Source: Dehalococcoidia bacterium UBA3088 (GTDB taxonomy: Bacteria; Chloroflexota; Dehalococcoidia; UBA2247; UBA3088). From it: a stretch of 60,606 nt of DNA. Made by a program: the position numbers and the translations under genes. How positions within the stretch are numbered: the first letter of the stretch is position 1; every line of letters starts with the position of its first letter. Below the pieces are notes generated by a model. That model had not been told where the DNA came from and did no database searches. It saw only the letters and a program-made list of their open reading frames with translations. The stretch lies in contig DFBE01000039.1 of the NCBI GenBank assembly GCA_002367275.1, forward strand, positions 25,390 to 85,995, written 5' to 3'. Below are positions 57,611-60,606 of the stretch, piece by piece.

Positions 57611-58488
57611 CTGGAGTTGAATGTCAGGAGGGCGTAAATTATGCCCGGTTTTCTATCTACCCTTTAGATAGGGGCTGGGGGATAACCCTGGGTAATTCTC
57701 TACGTCGAGTGCTATTAAGCTCCTTACCCGGGACAGCGGTTACCTGGGTAAGGGTAGAGGGGATAGAGCATGAATTCTCGCCTCTGCCCCATGTGGTAGA
57801 GGATGTAGTCGATTTTTTGTTGAATGTAAAGGCGGTGAGGATTCGCCCCTTAGTAGCATCCCCCGAGGGTAAGCTTGTTTTGGAAGCGGAGGGAGAAGGT
57901 GAGGTTTTGGCAGGAGCCATCAATTGTCCAGCGGAGTTTGAGATAGCTAACCCTGAGTTTCACCTGGCTACCCTGGATGACCCTGAGGCAAGGCTCTATG
58001 TGGAGTTGAATGTGGAGAGTGGAGTAGGGTTCAAGGAAGCCGGCGACAAAGATGGGCTACCTCTGGGAGCGATACCGATAGATGCTGTCTTAACCCCCGT
58101 AAGGAAGATAAGCTATGATACTGAGGAGCTTCCCAGCGGAGAGGAGAAGCTCATTTTAGAAGTATGGACTGATGGGACGATTTCGGGAAGAGAAGCAGTT
58201 AGAAGGGCAGCCCTCATCATCCAAAATAAGCTCTCCCTATTTTCAGAAAAAGGTACCCCTGCTGCCTCGACCACTGATAGTTCACTTGCGGAGCTGGGGC
58301 TTTCTTCACATACCTTGAATGTCTTAAGGAGGGGCAGGATAAGTACGTTGGGAGATCTTGTATCCCACAGCAAAAAGGAGCTTATGTTACTTAGAAGTTT
58401 TGGTCCCAAAAGTCTAGAAGAGGTAGAAGAAAAGTTGAGGGAGAGAGGATTGTCTTTTTCTGAAGATGAGACACCAGAAGAAGAATAA
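57607..58488 (+). CDS. rpoA: DNA-directed RNA polymerase subunit alpha
   Basis: 293 aa. The N-terminal domain carries LGNSLRRVLLSSLPG, and the C-terminal domain carries LSSHTLNVLRRGRISTLGDL. Confidence 0.95.
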   Translation: MTGVECQEGVNYARFSIYPLDRGWGITLGNSLRRVLLSSLPGTAVTWVRVEGIEHEFSPLPHVVEDVVDFLLNVKAVRIRPLVASPEGKLVLEAEGEGEVLAGAINCPAEFEIANPEFHLATLDDPEARLYVELNVESGVGFKEAGDKDGLPLGAIPIDAVLTPVRKISYDTEELPSGEEKLILEVWTDGTISGREAVRRAALIIQNKLSLFSEKGTPAASTTDSSLAELGLSSHTLNVLRRGRISTLGDLVSHSKKELMLLRSFGPKSLEEVEEKLRERGLSFSEDETPEEE

Positions 58489-58807
58489 AGCTTCGCATCG
58501 AGAGGTAACCATGTACCGAGGGCTGGTTAGCAGTCTTCTTACTCAGGAGAGGATCATTACCACTGAGGCGAGGGCCAGGGGCATTCGCCCTCAAGCAGAG
58601 AAGCTAATCACCCTGGGAAAGAGGGAAAACCTTCAGGCGAGAAGATTGGCTGTGCAAAGAATAGGTCATAAGAAGGCGGTAAGGAAATTATGGGATGAGA
58701 TATCACCTCGCTATGCCCAGAGGAAGGGAGGCTATACTCGCATAGTCAAGCTAGGGAATCGCCATGGGGATGGAGCGCCTATGGCCATCATCGAACTTGT
58801 GAAGTAA
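58466..58807 (+). CDS. rplQ: 50S ribosomal protein L17
   Basis: 113 aa (MRHQKK...SHREVTMYRGLVSSLLTQERIITT). Confidence 0.95.
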   Translation: MRHQKKNKASHREVTMYRGLVSSLLTQERIITTEARARGIRPQAEKLITLGKRENLQARRLAVQRIGHKKAVRKLWDEISPRYAQRKGGYTRIVKLGNRHGDGAPMAIIELVK

Positions 58808-58809
58808 AG

Positions 58810-59544
58810 GTGGTAGTGCTGGTGGTAGAATATGAGGGTACCGCTTACTATGGGTTCCAGCGTCAGAAAGGTTTACCCACCATCCAGGCCGAACTGGAGG
58901 AGGCTCTGTACCGGCTGTGTGGCGAGAGACCTCGTCTGCTCTATGCCAGCCGCACTGATCGGGGAGTTCATGCTATGCGTCAAATGGTAGGTTTCGACAC
59001 TAAGACAAACTTTTCCCCATCTACCTGGATTAAGGGGTTGAATTTCTATCTCCCACAAGACATCGGTGTGAGGAACTGTTTTGGGGTAGACGATGGTTTT
59101 GATGTCCGGAAGGCCAAGTCCAGAGAATATGGATATGTCATACTGAATTGCCCCACCCTTTCCCCACTCCTGAGGAGGTTTTCCTACTTCATTCCTCATC
59201 CCTTAGATGTGGAGGAAATGGAGGAAGCAGCCAAGTTCCTCCGGGGAGAGCATGACTTTGTCTCCTTCTCCCCGGTTAAGGAAAGAACGGTACGCCATAT
59301 CTACAATGCGGGCTTTGAGAGGAGAGAAGATCATAGGCTATTGTTTAAGGTAGTGGCAAATTCCTTCCTTTCTCACCAAGTGAGAAGTATGGTGGGTGGG
59401 CTTATACGGGTGGGGCTGAAAAGGAAAAAAGCAGAGGAATTTAGACAGGAGATGGAGCTCGGAAAGCCTATTGGTCCGGTGGCTCCTCCTCATGGTCTAT
59501 TCTTAGTGAGGGTTAATTATGAAAATGAAAACTTACACTCCTAA
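58810..59544 (+). CDS. truA: tRNA pseudouridine(38-40) synthase
   Basis: 244 aa with a GTG start (YEGTAYYGFQRQ, the catalytic RTDRGVHA). Confidence 0.9.
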   Translation: MVVLVVEYEGTAYYGFQRQKGLPTIQAELEEALYRLCGERPRLLYASRTDRGVHAMRQMVGFDTKTNFSPSTWIKGLNFYLPQDIGVRNCFGVDDGFDVRKAKSREYGYVILNCPTLSPLLRRFSYFIPHPLDVEEMEEAAKFLRGEHDFVSFSPVKERTVRHIYNAGFERREDHRLLFKVVANSFLSHQVRSMVGGLIRVGLKRKKAEEFRQEMELGKPIGPVAPPHGLFLVRVNYENENLHS

Positions 59545-59938
59545 GGTAGGGGATATCCAAAGGAAGTGGCATCTGATAGATGCTGAGGGCAGGGTATTGG
59601 GGAGACTGGCCAGTGAGGTGGCTTTCCTTCTTCAGGGAAAATTAAAAACTTACTATTCCCCGAACGTAGACGTGGGAGACTTCGTAGTGGTAGTGAATGC
59701 ATCCGGAATAAGGGTGACCGGAGATAAGCTCAAGAAAAAGGTTTATTTCCGACATTCAGGGTATCCCGGGGGTATAAAGAGGGCAACGCTGGAGGAGATG
59801 AACCGTAAAAAGCCTGCCTGGGTGGTAGAGCATGCGGTAGGAGGAATGCTCCCCAAGAATAAGTTAGGGCAGAGGATGGTGAGAAGATTGCATGTCTACC
59901 CTGGATCCTGGCACCCCCATAAGGCACAAGTTAAATGA
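59519..59938 (+). CDS. rplM: 50S ribosomal protein L13
   Basis: 139 aa (RKWHLIDAEGRVLGRLAS). The start may be the second ATG at 59525. Confidence 0.95.
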   Translation: MKMKTYTPKVGDIQRKWHLIDAEGRVLGRLASEVAFLLQGKLKTYYSPNVDVGDFVVVVNASGIRVTGDKLKKKVYFRHSGYPGGIKRATLEEMNRKKPAWVVEHAVGGMLPKNKLGQRMVRRLHVYPGSWHPHKAQVK

Positions 59939-60327
59939 GCGAAGATTATTATTACGGGACAGGTAGAAGGAAGGAAGCAGTAGCCCGAGTAAGGCTCTAC
60001 TCTGGGGGAAAGGGTATGGTCATTAATGATAAATCCCTGGAAGAAGCTTTCCCTCTGTTTACCCACCGTTTGTGGATCACAAAGCCGCTTCGGGTAACCC
60101 AAACTGAGGATAGGTTTGAAGTGAGGACCAAGGTAGAGGGCGGAGGAATATCGGGACAGGCAGAGTCCATAAGACACGGCATTTCCCGGGCGTTGGTAGT
60201 CGCCGACCCCAGCCTTAAACCGCTGCTTCGCTCACACGGACTTCTCACCCGGGATGCCAGAGTGAAGGAGAGAAAAAAGTACGGGCTGAAACGGGCCCGA
60301 AAGGCAAAGCAGTACCGAAAGAGGTAA
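59935..60327 (+). CDS. rpsI: 30S ribosomal protein S9
   Basis: 130 aa (YYGTGRRKEAVARVRL, with C-terminal KQYRKR). Confidence 0.97.
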   Translation: MSEDYYYGTGRRKEAVARVRLYSGGKGMVINDKSLEEAFPLFTHRLWITKPLRVTQTEDRFEVRTKVEGGGISGQAESIRHGISRALVVADPSLKPLLRSHGLLTRDARVKERKKYGLKRARKAKQYRKR

Positions 60328-60356
60328 TTGACATCTTCGATGCGGGAAATTATCTT
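60328..60356 (+). promoter_or_regulatory. candidate promoter TTGACA-N17-TATCTT upstream of the tRNA cluster
   Basis: Read from the sequence immediately after the rpsI stop. Confidence 0.35.
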
Positions 60357-60500
60357 TTAAATGAATGATGAAGCCTTACAGATTAGGCTACTTGGGGCTT
60401 TTAGGTTTTTAGAAGGAGAGCTTAAGTATACTTGGCCTGTTTGCTTTTTTTGCACTGTTCGGCTTACTTAAACCCAAAGAGCAAGCGTAAAATCAGATGT

Positions 60501-60572
60501 GCGGGAGTGGCTCAGCGGTAGAGCGTCTCCTTGCCAAGGAGAAGGTCACGAGTTCAAATCTCGTCTCCCGCT
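60501..60572 (+). tRNA. tRNA-Gly(GCC)
   Basis: GCGGGAG-TG-GCTC-AGCGGTA-GAGC-G-TCTCC-TTGCCAA-GGAGA-AGGTC-ACGAG-TTCAAAT-CTCGT-CTCCCGC-T. No CCA is encoded. Confidence 0.9.
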
Positions 60573-60582
60573 CTCGTTTCTC

Positions 60583-60606
60583 GGCGACGTAGCCAAGTGG
60601 TTAAGG
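60583..60606 (+). tRNA. partial tRNA (5' acceptor + D-arm only; isotype undeterminable, Cys-like D-arm)
   Basis: GGCGACG-TA-GCCAAGTGGTTAAGG... is cut by the window edge before the anticodon. Confidence 0.6.

Noticed and set aside
60361-60471. 36-aa ORF (MNDEALQIRLLGAFRFLEGEL...) whose start resembles SARP/BTAD regulator N-termini.
   Set aside because: It is far too short for such a regulator and has no RBS. It lies between a promoter-like element and tRNA-Gly, so it is more likely tRNA leader sequence or a decayed fragment.
1-60606. CRISPR arrays, rRNA genes, prophage or integron structures, and toxin-antitoxin pairs.
   Set aside because: Reading through the window, I saw no regularly spaced direct repeats, no rRNA-like sequence, and no phage structural, integrase-attC or TA gene pairs.

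Overview
This is a 60.6-kb chromosomal segment of a compact bacterial genome, roughly 45-50% GC by eye. The long Bacillus-type S12 and the Alu-domain SRP RNA suggest a Terrabacteria lineage such as Chloroflexota or Firmicutes; finer placement needs a database search. Left third: tRNA-Arg and tRNA-Ala, purD, guaA, OPT and NSS transporters with an orphan PqqD-like gene. These are followed by a tightly packed six-gene operon: PfkB kinase, PHP phosphoesterase, amphi-Trp protein, PhoU::APH-kinase fusion, RimK-like ATP-grasp and HprK-related kinase. As far as I recall, this operon matches the functionally uncharacterised 'GAK system' neighbourhood, and it is my top candidate for a novel system. Middle: ispE, rsmA, SRP RNA and ispH; an IS607-family insertion whose tnpB carries two in-frame stop codons; cmk; an ArsA/Get3-like ATPase operon with three tiny zinc-finger or acidic proteins; cobQ-hpt-ade-fabF; a Xer-type recombinase; and uvrC. 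Next comes an ~11.7-kb quaternary-amine module. It holds a ProVWX-type ABC importer, a betaine-synthase-like SAM methyltransferase, a corrinoid protein and two non-Pyl MttB-family methyltransferases. It also holds a MetH-activation-domain-like protein, a RACo/RamA-type activase and a methylcorrinoid:THF methyltransferase. Right third: the str-S10-spc-alpha ribosomal superoperon (rpsL to rpsI, with secY, adk, map, infA, rpoA and truA). In it, map is broken exactly at a T_TTT_TTG heptamer. The window ends with tRNA-Gly and a partial tRNA. I saw no CRISPR array, rRNA or prophage.
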